64,000 bases of DNA from Candidatus Poribacteria bacterium (GCA_963667365.1 OY763324.1:4606509-4670508); one strand, 5' to 3'. Shown: positions 47,689 to 57,948, counted from the stretch's first letter. Translations and numbers: made by a program. Notes: generated by a model from the letters alone, not told the origin.

Positions 47689-48339
47689 TTAGTTCTTGCT
47701 AGAATTTCCCATTTTTTTTGTATTATCTTGTTTCATAAATATGTTGTCGAATTCACCGGGATATTCAGCCTTCATCCATGCAAGAACCTTTTTCTTAGCA
47801 CGATGCAATCGAACTTTAGTCGCTGACAATGATATTTTTAGCGTGTCGGCTATTTTTTCCAACTTCATTTTAGGATTTGCAAGTTTCTGTTCAAATACTT
47901 GCTGTTCAGAAATAGGTAACCGTTGTGCCAGAGCATAAACGATCTCCATCTGTTCTTTCGCTATGATGCGATAAATAGGGGAACGATGTTCAAGATCTAC
48001 CAAATATGCCTCTGGATTTCCTTCGAGTGATCCTATTTCGAGTTTTCTCTGATCTTCTCGGAAGTATGCAGCAATGAGTTGATGCGCTATACTGAAAAGC
48101 CAACTGGAAAAACTCTTGGGATTCCGTAGAGTACTGAGATTTTGATGAACCTTAATAAATGTCTCTTGAACAAGATCTTGTGCGGTTTCCCAATTTCCAA
48201 CACGTCGATAGAAAAAACTGAGGAGTGGACCTTCGTACCGGTGATACAGAATCTCAAATGTCCCATCATCAGTGACATCTATATTTTGATTAATCAATTC
48301 CTCATCACGAAACTCATCCATTAGAAACACCTTTATCAA
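47689..48339 (-). CDS. ECF-type RNA polymerase sigma factor (sigma-70 regions 2 and 4)
   Basis: ...AQDLVQETFIKVHQNL (region 2) and ...LEKIADTLKISLSATKVRLHRAKKKV (region 4 HTH). Confidence 0.8.
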   Translation of the reverse strand: MIKVFLMDEFRDEELINQNIDVTDDGTFEILYHRYEGPLLSFFYRRVGNWETAQDLVQETFIKVHQNLSTLRNPKSFSSWLFSIAHQLIAAYFREDQRKLEIGSLEGNPEAYLVDLEHRSPIYRIIAKEQMEIVYALAQRLPISEQQVFEQKLANPKMKLEKIADTLKISLSATKVRLHRAKKKVLAWMKAEYPGEFDNIFMKQDNTKKMGNSSKN

Positions 48340-48738
48340 TTGATTGGATATAGGTAACTACCTTTTCCTGGAGGTCTTGTGCAACCTCCTGTTTACCGTT
48401 TTCATCCCGTCAACTCCTAATAAGAAAGTCATTCCATACATCCATACCGTGGTCTTTCATCCTATTTTTTCCTATATTATGTTTGCAATTCATCGGTATA
48501 TGTTTAGTATTGTTCATTTGAAATTAGTTTAAAAGGTAAGAATGTGTATCAATGAAAAAGGTTACATAAAAGATATGCTCAGGTTGGGAAGTGTGTCTGA
48601 ATGGAAATTCTTTTTATGCACATTATGTAGTATTTCAAGGACATTAGCAAGTTTTCTGAAGAAAAGCGATTACTATGATAACTAAAAATTAGAAAAGTGT
48701 AATAAGATAATTTCTAAAAATTTGGAGAAATATAATCC

Positions 48739-49296
48739 ATGCTCAAGAATTTAGTAAAGATAACCTGTGTGTTTGCGTTATTGGTATGTTTTGTCGGATG
48801 CGGCGATGTTGATAAGTACCAGGTGTCACCTATAGATTATTCTGCAATTAATAGTGTTCTAAAACGTTGGCGCGAAGGCTATGAAACAGAAGATGTAGAG
48901 ACCTATATGAGTGCATACTGGTCACAAGGTTTTCGGTACGTTTCAGATATGGGGACAGACGGTGATAAAACTGATGATGTAGTGTTTGATGATATACGTA
49001 TCGAACGGGATTCAGCAACCTATGTTTTTAGTAGATATCAGGATATTGAAATTGAACTTTCAATACCACCAGAAATAAAATTATATAACGATGGAACTCA
49101 TGCCGAAGTACGAAATCACTACCGTATCCAAGGTTTTGTGGCAGATGGCGAAGCACTTGAAGGTGGTTACACAGGTTGGTTTGCAGAAGGTGACAACCTG
49201 TTTATCTTTGAAAAAAGAGACGAAATATGGCGTATCGTCGAATGGCATGACGAAGCTTTCAATGATGATGAAATCCGCGCTGCTAATAATCTATAG
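48739..49296 (+). CDS. Lipoprotein, NTF2/SnoaL-like fold (paralog 1)
   Basis: Lipobox LLVCFVGCG. ...VLKRWREGYETEDVETYMSAYWSQGF. Confidence 0.4.
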   Translation: MLKNLVKITCVFALLVCFVGCGDVDKYQVSPIDYSAINSVLKRWREGYETEDVETYMSAYWSQGFRYVSDMGTDGDKTDDVVFDDIRIERDSATYVFSRYQDIEIELSIPPEIKLYNDGTHAEVRNHYRIQGFVADGEALEGGYTGWFAEGDNLFIFEKRDEIWRIVEWHDEAFNDDEIRAANNL

Positions 49297-49406
49297 TTTA
49301 TTATAGTTTGGACAACTTTTTACATCCATGATAAAATGTTCAAACTATATATAACTATTACTGCCTTCCTGGTTTATGAAATAACAGCGTTGGAGGGAAC
49401 ATCAAT

Positions 49407-50021
49407 ATGTTCCAAATATTTATAAAGATATTCGGATTTATTACATTATTGACTTTTTTTGTTGCTTGTAGTGTTGAACTTGATATGGTGGATGAAAAAC
49501 CGGTTGAAGTGCAACAAGTGCCACCTGAGGATATTTTGGGTATCAACGATGTCTTAAAACGGTGGCAAGAAGGATTTGAAATTGGGGATATTGATACCTA
49601 TATTGACACATATTGGTCAGAAGGTTTCCGATACGTTTCAGATATGGGGACAGAAGGGGATAAAACTGATGATCTTGAATTTGATGATATAAGAGAAGAA
49701 CGCGATTCAGCAACTAAAGTGTTTAGCCAATTTCAAGATATAAAGATAGAACTCACTATGCCACCGGTTATCACAATAAATGATGAATATACTCAAGCCG
49801 AAGTGCGAAATCACTACCAAATTCAAGGGTATGTTGCAGATGGCGAAGCTTTTGAAGGTGAATATACAGGATGGTTCGCAGAAGGTGATAACGTGTATAT
49901 GTTTGAAAAACGAGATGGAGAATGGCGTATCACAGAATGGCATGACGAAGCCTTACATGCAGAAGAAATTCAGATTGAAAATAATCAGTTGTTGCCTATA
50001 GTTTGGTCGACTTTAAAGTAG
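49407..50021 (+). CDS. Lipoprotein, NTF2/SnoaL-like fold (paralog 2)
   Basis: Lipobox FFVACS. Strong similarity to 48739..49296 (...YRIQGFVADGEALEGGYTGWFAEGDN... versus ...YQIQGYVADGEAFEGEYTGWFAEGDN). Confidence 0.4.
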   Translation: MFQIFIKIFGFITLLTFFVACSVELDMVDEKPVEVQQVPPEDILGINDVLKRWQEGFEIGDIDTYIDTYWSEGFRYVSDMGTEGDKTDDLEFDDIREERDSATKVFSQFQDIKIELTMPPVITINDEYTQAEVRNHYQIQGYVADGEAFEGEYTGWFAEGDNVYMFEKRDGEWRITEWHDEALHAEEIQIENNQLLPIVWSTLK

Positions 50022-50057
50022 GAAGGGAAAATTGACAACGCATTAATTACGCCAAAT

Positions 50058-50100
50058 GGTATCTCATGATGTCATGAGATACCATGGTTCTTTTCCTCAT
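50058..50100 (+). terminator. Stem-loop (12-15-bp inverted repeat ggtatctcatga..tcatgagatacc) plus T-tract; candidate intrinsic terminator
   Basis: Located 37 bp after the 49407..50021 stop, followed by ggttcttttcctcatttt. Confidence 0.5.
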
Positions 50101-50166
50101 TTTGGTTATGGTTTAAATACCTTGTGTTCAGTAACTACGTTTTGAAATCATTGGGTTTGTCTTGGT

Positions 50167-50283
50167 TGGGAATGGAGATAGTGTCGTGAATGCATGGGTA
50201 GACTCATTTAAGATTTCAGGACCATATCTCAATGTATCCGCAAAAGCAAAGCTTGCAACAACATGGGGACAACTCAAGCAATA
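50167..50283 (+). pseudogene. C-terminal remnant of a third member of the 52466/53905 paralog family
   Basis: Translates ...GNGDSVVNAWVDSFKISGPYLNVSAKAKLATTWGQLKQ*, matching ...AWVEKITISGIPVSPIRKATTIWGQLKQE. No upstream ORF. Confidence 0.5.
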
Positions 50284-50302
50284 GTAATGAATAACTAAGT
50301 AA

Positions 50303-52441
50303 GTGTTTAATACTATTGTTTACAGGAAGGTGCTAAATTGGATGCACAATGCAGTACTTACCTATTCTATTCTGTTTTTGATTCTCTTATCTGTATCCAT
50401 AGGATTCTGTCAAACACAAGAGGTGTTTGGCACAATTCAGGGGCAGGTAACAGACAAACATAACAACCCACTCTCCGATTACGTCATTTCAGTCGTATCA
50501 CAAACAGACAACATAACATACTCCGCTAAAACCAATTCTGGTGGACAGTTTACAATTACGAATCTTCCCGTTGGCACTTGGGTTTTAATAGTTCAGCATT
50601 TCAGTACGTTACTTGCTCAACGTGAAATTACAGTTGAAAAAGAAACCGAAGTTGAAACCAATTTCGTGATTAAAGGGACAGGTGTTATCTCAGGTTTTTT
50701 GCTTGATTCTATTAGCAATCTACCGCTACCAATATCAGGTGAAATACAGGTTGGACTCCTCTCACATGACGTGGAACGGATAGAAAGTATTTTTCGTGGC
50801 AAGGTATCTAACGGGTGTTTTGAAGTTAATAATCTGTTATCGGGACACTATGTAATTATAGATGCTTTTGATGGTTATGTTTTTGCAAAGAATGATTCTC
50901 CAGTCGTGACGGTTTATCCGGAAGGTCATGTCGGTGGTGTGGAGGTATTCTTAAAACGTGGAGCGTATCTTCACGGACGATTTGTTGATGCAGATAATGG
51001 AAATATAATTCCAGGAGTATTCATTAGTGCTGCATCAGAAAAAAGCAATGGTATCTATGCTGATGGTGAGTTAACGTATGAAACAGAGACAGAAACAAAA
51101 GGTGAATTCCAAATCTCAATACCAAACGACTCTGAGACCTATTATGCATTTACACTAATCGCATCACATCCACAGTATCAAACCCAACGTTGGCGGTGGG
51201 AAATGTCACCTGACAAAGATATCTATGCATTAGGTGAATTATCCTTAGAGCCGTTTCTATCCTTGCATGGTAAAGTTGTTTCTTTTAACTCACACCAAAC
51301 AGTTGCTGGATTAAAAGTTCAGTTAAAAATGCACCATAAGTCTACCGACTTTTTCCGTGGTGCAGCACAACTTGAACACACCGTTTACACTGACGTTGAC
51401 GGTGATTTTCTCTTCACTGAACTCCATCCTATTGAATACAGTTTGACAATTTCCCAGAATGATGTTATTATTGGATTCTTAGAGTTAGTAAACCCGCATA
51501 ACAAAAAACTGCTTAAAATCCACTTACAAGAACTGAAAAAGTTATTCGGTACGGTTGTTGATACACAACATCGTCCTATTGCAAATGCTAAAATCTACGC
51601 ATCACGTCAGAACGAAAATCCTCACGGTCACGACGCAATCCTTTCCATGACGCAGACAGATGTCAACGGAACTTTCCAAATGCTGCTATTAGATACGAAG
51701 CCACATCTGCTATCCGTTGAAGTTACCAAAGAAGGTTTTCTTTCAAGGGTATATCCAACAGTTGAGATAGGGAATAATCCACTGGTTGTTCCTCTTCATG
51801 AAGGTATAGTTATCCAAGGGCGCGTTATACATCCAAATGATCACCCATCAGATGGGTATTATGAAGTTAAAATTTTTCCTACAGATACAAGAATGGAAGC
51901 AACACTTAATCCACTGTCATTGATAAGACCCATTCTATCAAGACGTTTTCCTGTGACTGAACAGACTTTTGTTTTGGAAGGACTTTTTGAGGAGAAGTAT
52001 TCTCTGTTTATCACGGGACCTGGAATCGCTGCAACTGGAATTGAAGTCAATGCAACACCAATAAGTGAAGAAGTGCTTATCGTAGCAGACAAACAGGCAG
52101 TGGGGATAAACGGACAAGTGCTTTGGGCAGATACCGGGGAACCAGTACATAACGCTATAGTATCCCGCTCTTGGTATCCGTGGGAATTGAGTCGTTACGA
52201 TATGTCGCTGACCTTAGATCGCTTTGAAACCGATACAGATTCTCAAGGGAATTTTGCATTTACAAATTTGACACAAGGACGTTATATGTTACAGGTTCGT
52301 GTTGTCAGGACAGAATATGTAAAAGAATCTGAAAGCTATCAACGTAATCATATACAGAAAAAAGTTATTATCCCCACTTGTAGCAATACTACATATCGTA
52401 TTTTTTTGGGAAAATCGGACGGTACACCTTTTGTAAGGTAG
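50303..52441 (+). CDS. Secreted protein with multiple carboxypeptidase-regulatory-like (CarboxypepD_reg / transthyretin-like) beta-sandwich repeats
   Basis: Signal peptide. Recurrent G.I.G.V.D....P...v motifs (e.g. VFGTIQGQVTDKHNNPLSDYVISVV). Confidence 0.5.
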   Translation: MFNTIVYRKVLNWMHNAVLTYSILFLILLSVSIGFCQTQEVFGTIQGQVTDKHNNPLSDYVISVVSQTDNITYSAKTNSGGQFTITNLPVGTWVLIVQHFSTLLAQREITVEKETEVETNFVIKGTGVISGFLLDSISNLPLPISGEIQVGLLSHDVERIESIFRGKVSNGCFEVNNLLSGHYVIIDAFDGYVFAKNDSPVVTVYPEGHVGGVEVFLKRGAYLHGRFVDADNGNIIPGVFISAASEKSNGIYADGELTYETETETKGEFQISIPNDSETYYAFTLIASHPQYQTQRWRWEMSPDKDIYALGELSLEPFLSLHGKVVSFNSHQTVAGLKVQLKMHHKSTDFFRGAAQLEHTVYTDVDGDFLFTELHPIEYSLTISQNDVIIGFLELVNPHNKKLLKIHLQELKKLFGTVVDTQHRPIANAKIYASRQNENPHGHDAILSMTQTDVNGTFQMLLLDTKPHLLSVEVTKEGFLSRVYPTVEIGNNPLVVPLHEGIVIQGRVIHPNDHPSDGYYEVKIFPTDTRMEATLNPLSLIRPILSRRFPVTEQTFVLEGLFEEKYSLFITGPGIAATGIEVNATPISEEVLIVADKQAVGINGQVLWADTGEPVHNAIVSRSWYPWELSRYDMSLTLDRFETDTDSQGNFAFTNLTQGRYMLQVRVVRTEYVKESESYQRNHIQKKVIIPTCSNTTYRIFLGKSDGTPFVR

Positions 52442-52465
52442 TAGGCATACTTCCTATTCCGTTGA

Positions 52466-53167
52466 GTGATAAACGACATGAGATATATATCATACGGATT
52501 GAGATTATTTATCACGTTTCTCGTATTCTTCATTTTTCAATCAACGGTGGATGCTGTTACGTGGGTAGATGACTTTGATCAGGAGGTAGAAGATAACTGG
52601 CAACTACAAGGAAACGATTCTGAGTGGCGTATTGAGGAAGGCTTTCTTAGAGCAAAAATTCAGACACAAAAACAGTGGCAAACCATATTTGAACTCTACA
52701 AATTTAATGCATATCCTGGACCTTACAATAATATAAAAATACATATTGAAAACCTCGGTGGAACTGATGTCCGATTCGGTATTGCCATAGGTAAACATTT
52801 CCTGAAGGATGATGGGGATTTGGATGAAGTAGGATATTATCTATTCTTCACAACCGATATGCAAGCATCACGCAATGGCAAAGTCTTTCTCGGTCCCGGA
52901 AAACGTTGGCATACGGATGCCCTCAATGAGATGGAGTTACTTTTTGACAGGGGCAGATTTCAGTTGTATGGTAATGGGGAATCTCGTTTGGATTTTCTTG
53001 ACGCGAACCTAACACAAATTGATATAATCAGTTTTGTCCTCGTCGGCTATGTAACTGATGTTGCAAGCACAGGCAAAGCTTGGGTAGAAAAGATAACTAT
53101 TTCTGGAATCCCGGTTTCACCAATACGTAAAGCTACGACAATCTGGGGACAACTGAAGCAGGAATAG
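52466..53167 (+). CDS. Secreted DUF1080/LamG-like fold protein (paralog 1)
   Basis: Signal peptide. ...WVDDFDQEVEDNWQLQGNDSEWRIEEGFLRA. Confidence 0.35.
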   Translation: MINDMRYISYGLRLFITFLVFFIFQSTVDAVTWVDDFDQEVEDNWQLQGNDSEWRIEEGFLRAKIQTQKQWQTIFELYKFNAYPGPYNNIKIHIENLGGTDVRFGIAIGKHFLKDDGDLDEVGYYLFFTTDMQASRNGKVFLGPGKRWHTDALNEMELLFDRGRFQLYGNGESRLDFLDANLTQIDIISFVLVGYVTDVASTGKAWVEKITISGIPVSPIRKATTIWGQLKQE

Positions 53168-53179
53168 ATAATAGATTCT

Positions 53180-53923
53180 ATGTTACGGAAAAATTTAGAT
53201 CTGATTTTTGATGTATTTTTATTGATAACAGTTGTAGGCGTTGCATTTTGGTGTACTTATGCTAAGGCAAAGTTGCGTCCAAGTGAGAGTGCAGAACCTG
53301 CTGCATCGGGAGCATACTATAGAACTCCCGGCAAAAATAGTAAATGGTTTGGTCCTGAGGTGAACTCATTAACACTTTGTGAGGGTGTGCATAACCCGTA
53401 TAATAATAGAGGGTTTTTTGATATTGTAGAAACTATAGAGAACGCTGTCGTTTCTAAATCTAAAATTGATGGCGCATTACATTGGTATCGACGACAGAAA
53501 TGGGGTTTTGCTAACGACGAAACACCATGGGGCACAAATGTCTCTTACATTACGCTCCGCAATGACCTTGGATGGAGTGAAATTAATCGTGGAACTGGAA
53601 CTACTGGATACCCATGGAGTGGGATAGAACGACATTGGCGAGACGGTCATATTATACGCGCACAAGCCTCCGTGATGGGATGGCGACAATATGCTCGTGG
53701 AAGAGCGCGGTGGATTTGTCCAATGTATTACAAAACTGGAGGTTGGCAAGGAGAAAGTCTTGAGGTACATTGTAAAACACTCAGAACATGGTTTCCACCT
53801 GACTGGAACGTCATGACACAGAAAGATCGCGATTTCGGTACTCCAGTTGAGCGGAGTCCTGGGGTAATCAGTCGCAAAGGGAAACGAACAAATCGGTGGT
53901 ATGATTGTTTACGACTCAATTGA
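53180..53923 (+). CDS. Hypothetical membrane-anchored protein
   Basis: N-terminal TM helix. Trp/Arg-rich. No motif recognised. Confidence 0.3.
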   Translation: MLRKNLDLIFDVFLLITVVGVAFWCTYAKAKLRPSESAEPAASGAYYRTPGKNSKWFGPEVNSLTLCEGVHNPYNNRGFFDIVETIENAVVSKSKIDGALHWYRRQKWGFANDETPWGTNVSYITLRNDLGWSEINRGTGTTGYPWSGIERHWRDGHIIRAQASVMGWRQYARGRARWICPMYYKTGGWQGESLEVHCKTLRTWFPPDWNVMTQKDRDFGTPVERSPGVISRKGKRTNRWYDCLRLN

Positions 53924-54645
53924 AAACCAAATATAATAATAGGTTGATGCGGATTATTTATATATATATTATCCTTATTATTTCTATAACATGTTTTATC
54001 CTCCCTACATTTTCGGAAACTTGGTATGATGATTTTGATTCCGAAAATCCAGATGCTTGGCACATCGTAGGAAACGATGATGTCTGGAAAGTTGCCGACG
54101 GATTTTTACGCGTTGGTGTAAATCGGGATTGGGAAGTTAATTACGATCTATATCAACTCATTGCATTTCCTACACCATACCGTGACTTTAGCATTAGAAT
54201 CAACAACATCGGTGTTGATAAAATACGTCTCGGTTTCTGTGTTGGACGACATTTTCCTGATACATCTGGAGAAGACCCATTTTTCTACGTATTTTTTACA
54301 GATGAAATAAGAGCGCGAAGGTTTGATGGCAAGGGGAGTAGTCATCCATTTCATAGTAGGTTGTCACGTGAACCGCGTTTGCGTTGGAACACAGACGAAT
54401 TGACAGTGATGGAGATACATTTTAACTCTGGACTCTTTCTCGTATTTGCTGATGGTGAATTCCGTGCAAAATTCCAAGATCGAAACTTCAATCGTGTGGA
54501 AATTCTTGGATTCGTAGTAGAAGGAATCAATATAGCAAACCAGTGGATTGGTGAAGGATGGGTTGATTCCTTCACGATATCTGGTTTAAATGTGTCTTCA
54601 AATGAAAAAGCAACCTCAACTTGGGCGGATATAAAGGACAGATAA
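53905..54645 (+). CDS. Secreted DUF1080/LamG-like fold protein (paralog 2)
   Basis: ...TWYDDFDSENPDAWHIVGNDDVWKVADGFLRVG. Collinear with 52466..53167. Confidence 0.35.
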   Translation: MFTTQLKTKYNNRLMRIIYIYIILIISITCFILPTFSETWYDDFDSENPDAWHIVGNDDVWKVADGFLRVGVNRDWEVNYDLYQLIAFPTPYRDFSIRINNIGVDKIRLGFCVGRHFPDTSGEDPFFYVFFTDEIRARRFDGKGSSHPFHSRLSREPRLRWNTDELTVMEIHFNSGLFLVFADGEFRAKFQDRNFNRVEILGFVVEGINIANQWIGEGWVDSFTISGLNVSSNEKATSTWADIKDR

Positions 54646-55151
54646 TGAATAGTCCACAAAAACCTCATGCTGGGAGTATTCATTCCAGATTTGATCGTAT
54701 CACACAAACGCAATTATTGAAGGAATTGCTTTTTGTATGTATATGGATTGGATTTGGTACTTTAACGCTTTGGGGAGGAGACATATTTGGATTTCTTTCT
54801 TTTTCCCACAATACCCCCACAAACACTACTCTACAAGTTGAATTCCCTCATGTTTATGATATATGGAAACGAGGAGAGGGAGTTTTCGTGGATACGCGAC
54901 CTGCAACCTACTTTAAGAGGGGACATATTCCGGGTGCAGTAAATGTTCCTATCAATCGTGTTACACAACATTTAAATGTCCTACCAACAAATAAAGAAAC
55001 CCCATTGATAACGTATTGCGGAAGTATTGCATGCCCAAACTCCTATCAATTGATGCATGTGCTGTTAGGAGAAGGTTACCTAAACGTCCGTTATTTTCCG
55101 CGTGGATTGAAAGGTTGGCAGACGTTAGGATATCCATTGGAAACAGAATGA
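54621..55151 (+). CDS. Rhodanese-domain sulfurtransferase (membrane-anchored)
   Basis: ...ATYFKRGHIPGAVNVPI... active-site loop YCGSIACPNS. Confidence 0.7.
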   Translation: MGGYKGQIMNSPQKPHAGSIHSRFDRITQTQLLKELLFVCIWIGFGTLTLWGGDIFGFLSFSHNTPTNTTLQVEFPHVYDIWKRGEGVFVDTRPATYFKRGHIPGAVNVPINRVTQHLNVLPTNKETPLITYCGSIACPNSYQLMHVLLGEGYLNVRYFPRGLKGWQTLGYPLETE

Positions 55152-55648
55152 CCATTTCATCGCTATTGATAACGGTACTAAGAATAGTTCTTGGGTCAAT
55201 TCTGCTGATTGCGGGTGTTACTAAACTCGCGAATTTTGGAGCATTTATTTATGATGTTGCAGGTTACCAGATGTTACCCTCATATCTCATCAAACCAACA
55301 TGTTATATTTTGGTTTCTACAGAGATAACATTAGGAACAGCGTTATGTTTTGGGTATTTTTCGCGGGGAGCAGGTTTGCTTTCTGCCTTACTATTCTTGA
55401 TATTTTCGGTTGCGTTAGCAAATGTGTTGTTACGTGAACTTCCTCTATCGGATTGCGGTTGTGGTAATTATCTATTTAGTCTTTTAGATTATTTAGGTCT
55501 TTCGGTTTCTACAACACCTAATTGGAAGATGATATTTGTAGACATTCTGTTGGCAATTGTTTGTATAGGGGTAGTTTTTTCACCACAACAGGGATATGGT
55601 CTGGATTCACTAATTCGGTATGCAAGAGGAAATGATCCAACGGGTTAG
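55148..55648 (+). CDS. DoxX/MauE-family membrane protein (start ATG at 55148 overlaps the rhodanese stop as ATGA)
   Basis: MTISSLLITVLRIVLGSILLIAGVTKL (MauE/DoxX signature). Four TM helices. CGC motif. Confidence 0.6.
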   Translation: MTISSLLITVLRIVLGSILLIAGVTKLANFGAFIYDVAGYQMLPSYLIKPTCYILVSTEITLGTALCFGYFSRGAGLLSALLFLIFSVALANVLLRELPLSDCGCGNYLFSLLDYLGLSVSTTPNWKMIFVDILLAIVCIGVVFSPQQGYGLDSLIRYARGNDPTG

Positions 55649-55690
55649 CAGGATTGAAGTATAGAATATAAGACTTTCATAAAGATGTCT

Positions 55691-56419
55691 TCACGAATCG
55701 CTGCAGATCGCATTTGCACGTAATTTCTCATAATATGGCAAACATTCCGATAAGACACCTTCTAACATCTTCGGAAACGGTTCCTGTTTCGGGTGATAAG
55801 GAGTAAAACCCTCACTCCGATGCACATTATGATACCAATGCGGAGCCCAAACACCATCAGAAGAATTTCCACCACTTTGCCATGACAGCATTGACTCTTC
55901 GAACGGAAGACCTAATTGATTACACAGTCTTGACAGGACACGTTTCGGTGCTAACAACAACTCACGTGCATCCAATACAGGTGGTGATTGTCCAAATTTG
56001 CGTAACTCCGAGAACAATTCTGCTTGTGTCTTCAACCCAGTATCTTTCAAAGATGGTATCCCGATGACTTTTGTTAAGGATGGCAACATCTCTTTCGGAT
56101 CTCGGATTAGCAAGATATTCACCGTTTTCTGCATGAAAGATCTGTCTATATCCACAAGGTGGTGTGCCATTTGTTTCATAAATAATACCGGTTTAGCACA
56201 AGGACCGAGGATAACATCACGGATTACGGCAGCACCATCTGTCTGCATTGATTCCATAATCTCTTTTCGACCTGGGTGGACGGCACCCGTTACATACAGG
56301 TAATGCGCGTATAAAGGTTCATCTATTATTTCCGTATCGCTTCGTTGTCCGAAGGCGTACATTAGTGCTGTAGATATGTTCCGTGGTCCAGACCAGAGAC
56401 AGATTCGTTGTGTATGCAT
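55691..56419 (-). CDS. Sulfotransferase-family protein
   Basis: P-loop-like LWSGPRNISTALMYAF (PAPS 5'-phosphate-binding-like) and overall size. Confidence 0.4.
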   Translation of the reverse strand: MHTQRICLWSGPRNISTALMYAFGQRSDTEIIDEPLYAHYLYVTGAVHPGRKEIMESMQTDGAAVIRDVILGPCAKPVLFMKQMAHHLVDIDRSFMQKTVNILLIRDPKEMLPSLTKVIGIPSLKDTGLKTQAELFSELRKFGQSPPVLDARELLLAPKRVLSRLCNQLGLPFEESMLSWQSGGNSSDGVWAPHWYHNVHRSEGFTPYHPKQEPFPKMLEGVLSECLPYYEKLRANAICSDS

Positions 56420-56588
56420 GTTAATTCCTTACTGTTCATAGTATACTGTTTACCGTTTATAGTGTCAAGTGCTAAGAAAATTCCATAGTCAGACAAGAGA
56501 CCAAAGTATATTCTACAAAACCTATACTAACGTGAGTTCGGTTTAGCAGACATACAGGATTAGATATCTTTTAGCCGAATTCATAAAG

Positions 56589-57656
56589 TTGCTTATACCG
56601 AACCCACTTTATACTATAAACATGTTAAATATGTCAAGACGCACTATCATCACAACAATCATCATTCCTTGCATGCTGATATCGGGATTAATTATCTTCT
56701 TAATCAATAATCAACAAGAATTACAGGGAGAATTAATACTCTCCCAAACACGTCTGGACTTTGGTACTATTCCAGAATGGAAAGGAAAGATAACGAAAAC
56801 TGTTTTGGGACAGAACACTGGTAATAAACCTATCAATATATCCAGAATTCAAACAGGTAGTAGTTATGCCGAAGTTGATGGTCCAACTACCATTCCACCA
56901 GAATCAGAAAGCACATTCAAGGTAACCCTACACCCACAATTCCTACCTACGGATACGACTTCCACAACTGCTAGATTATTCACTGACAGCATTAAGACTC
57001 CTCAAGTATACTTGACAATTGTTGCAACAGTAAAGCGGTTTGCAACCCTGAGTGCTGAGGTATGTGATTTTGGTGAAATTCACACTGAGACATCGTATGA
57101 AAAGCATGTCAAACTGTTTGTCAACGAACCTTTAAACAAACAAGAAATCAAACTTCTTCCTACTTCACATAATATGTTGAAATGGAAGATTGCACCTGAT
57201 GAAAATACAGATTGTTATATACTCACGATTCGATTGCATGCTACAAATAACGACAAGAAAAATGGTAAGCTATTTTCTGACCTGTTAACGATTGCTTTTC
57301 CAAATGATCGGACATTGACATTACCGATTGTAGCTAAATATATAGAACATATAATTGCCATACCTGAAAGTCTCACCTATGGTACAGTAAATACTGGGAC
57401 AATACCCTCACTGAGATTCACGATCAATGCGAAATCTGCATTTAAGGTTTTGAGCATTCAGTCACCAGACTATTTACGGGTTGTGGAGACTACAAATCCT
57501 AACGGAACGAAGGAAGATACATCAGTTTTCGGTAAGCAGTTCGAAGTGTCTTGGGATGTATCAAAATCACCTATTCTGATGCGAGAATTGATTAACATCA
57601 GTACCACAATTTCATCTATAAGCATTCCCATTTACGGCTATATCAGCACAGATTAA
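56589..57656 (+). CDS. DUF1573-like (Ig/PapD-like fold) membrane-anchored protein
   Basis: N-terminal TM. ...LDFGTIPEWKGKITKTVLGQNTGNKPINISRI. Confidence 0.4.
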   Translation: MLIPNPLYTINMLNMSRRTIITTIIIPCMLISGLIIFLINNQQELQGELILSQTRLDFGTIPEWKGKITKTVLGQNTGNKPINISRIQTGSSYAEVDGPTTIPPESESTFKVTLHPQFLPTDTTSTTARLFTDSIKTPQVYLTIVATVKRFATLSAEVCDFGEIHTETSYEKHVKLFVNEPLNKQEIKLLPTSHNMLKWKIAPDENTDCYILTIRLHATNNDKKNGKLFSDLLTIAFPNDRTLTLPIVAKYIEHIIAIPESLTYGTVNTGTIPSLRFTINAKSAFKVLSIQSPDYLRVVETTNPNGTKEDTSVFGKQFEVSWDVSKSPILMRELINISTTISSISIPIYGYISTD

Positions 57657-57798
57657 CCTACAAGTCCATTTTCTACACAGGGTAGTGAGTAGCAATATCA
57701 TCAGATAACAGTTTGTCAAATTGTATTTTTTTACGTTGTGTGAAACAGACAGGAAGGAAATATGTCTGCTAATTTATAAGGTGAATGGGTTAATATTA

Positions 57799-57948
57799 CT
57801 ACTGTTTTTCTATAAGTCTACCGACGAAAAAGACAATCACACCGAGTGCCAAGAAACCCATCTCAACACCCATTGCTTTTGTTTCACTATATCCGTATGG
57901 ATTGATAAGTCCTAAATACAGAGCAGCACCTAAACATGCTATACCCAT
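57799..57948 (-). CDS. Possible small two-helix membrane protein (49 aa from ATG; GTG/TTG extensions possible)
   Basis: MGIACLGAALYLGLINPYGYSETKAMGVEMGFLALGVIVFFVGRLIEKQ. Hydrophobic. Not in the ORF track. Confidence 0.2.
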   Translation of the reverse strand: MGIACLGAALYLGLINPYGYSETKAMGVEMGFLALGVIVFFVGRLIEKQ

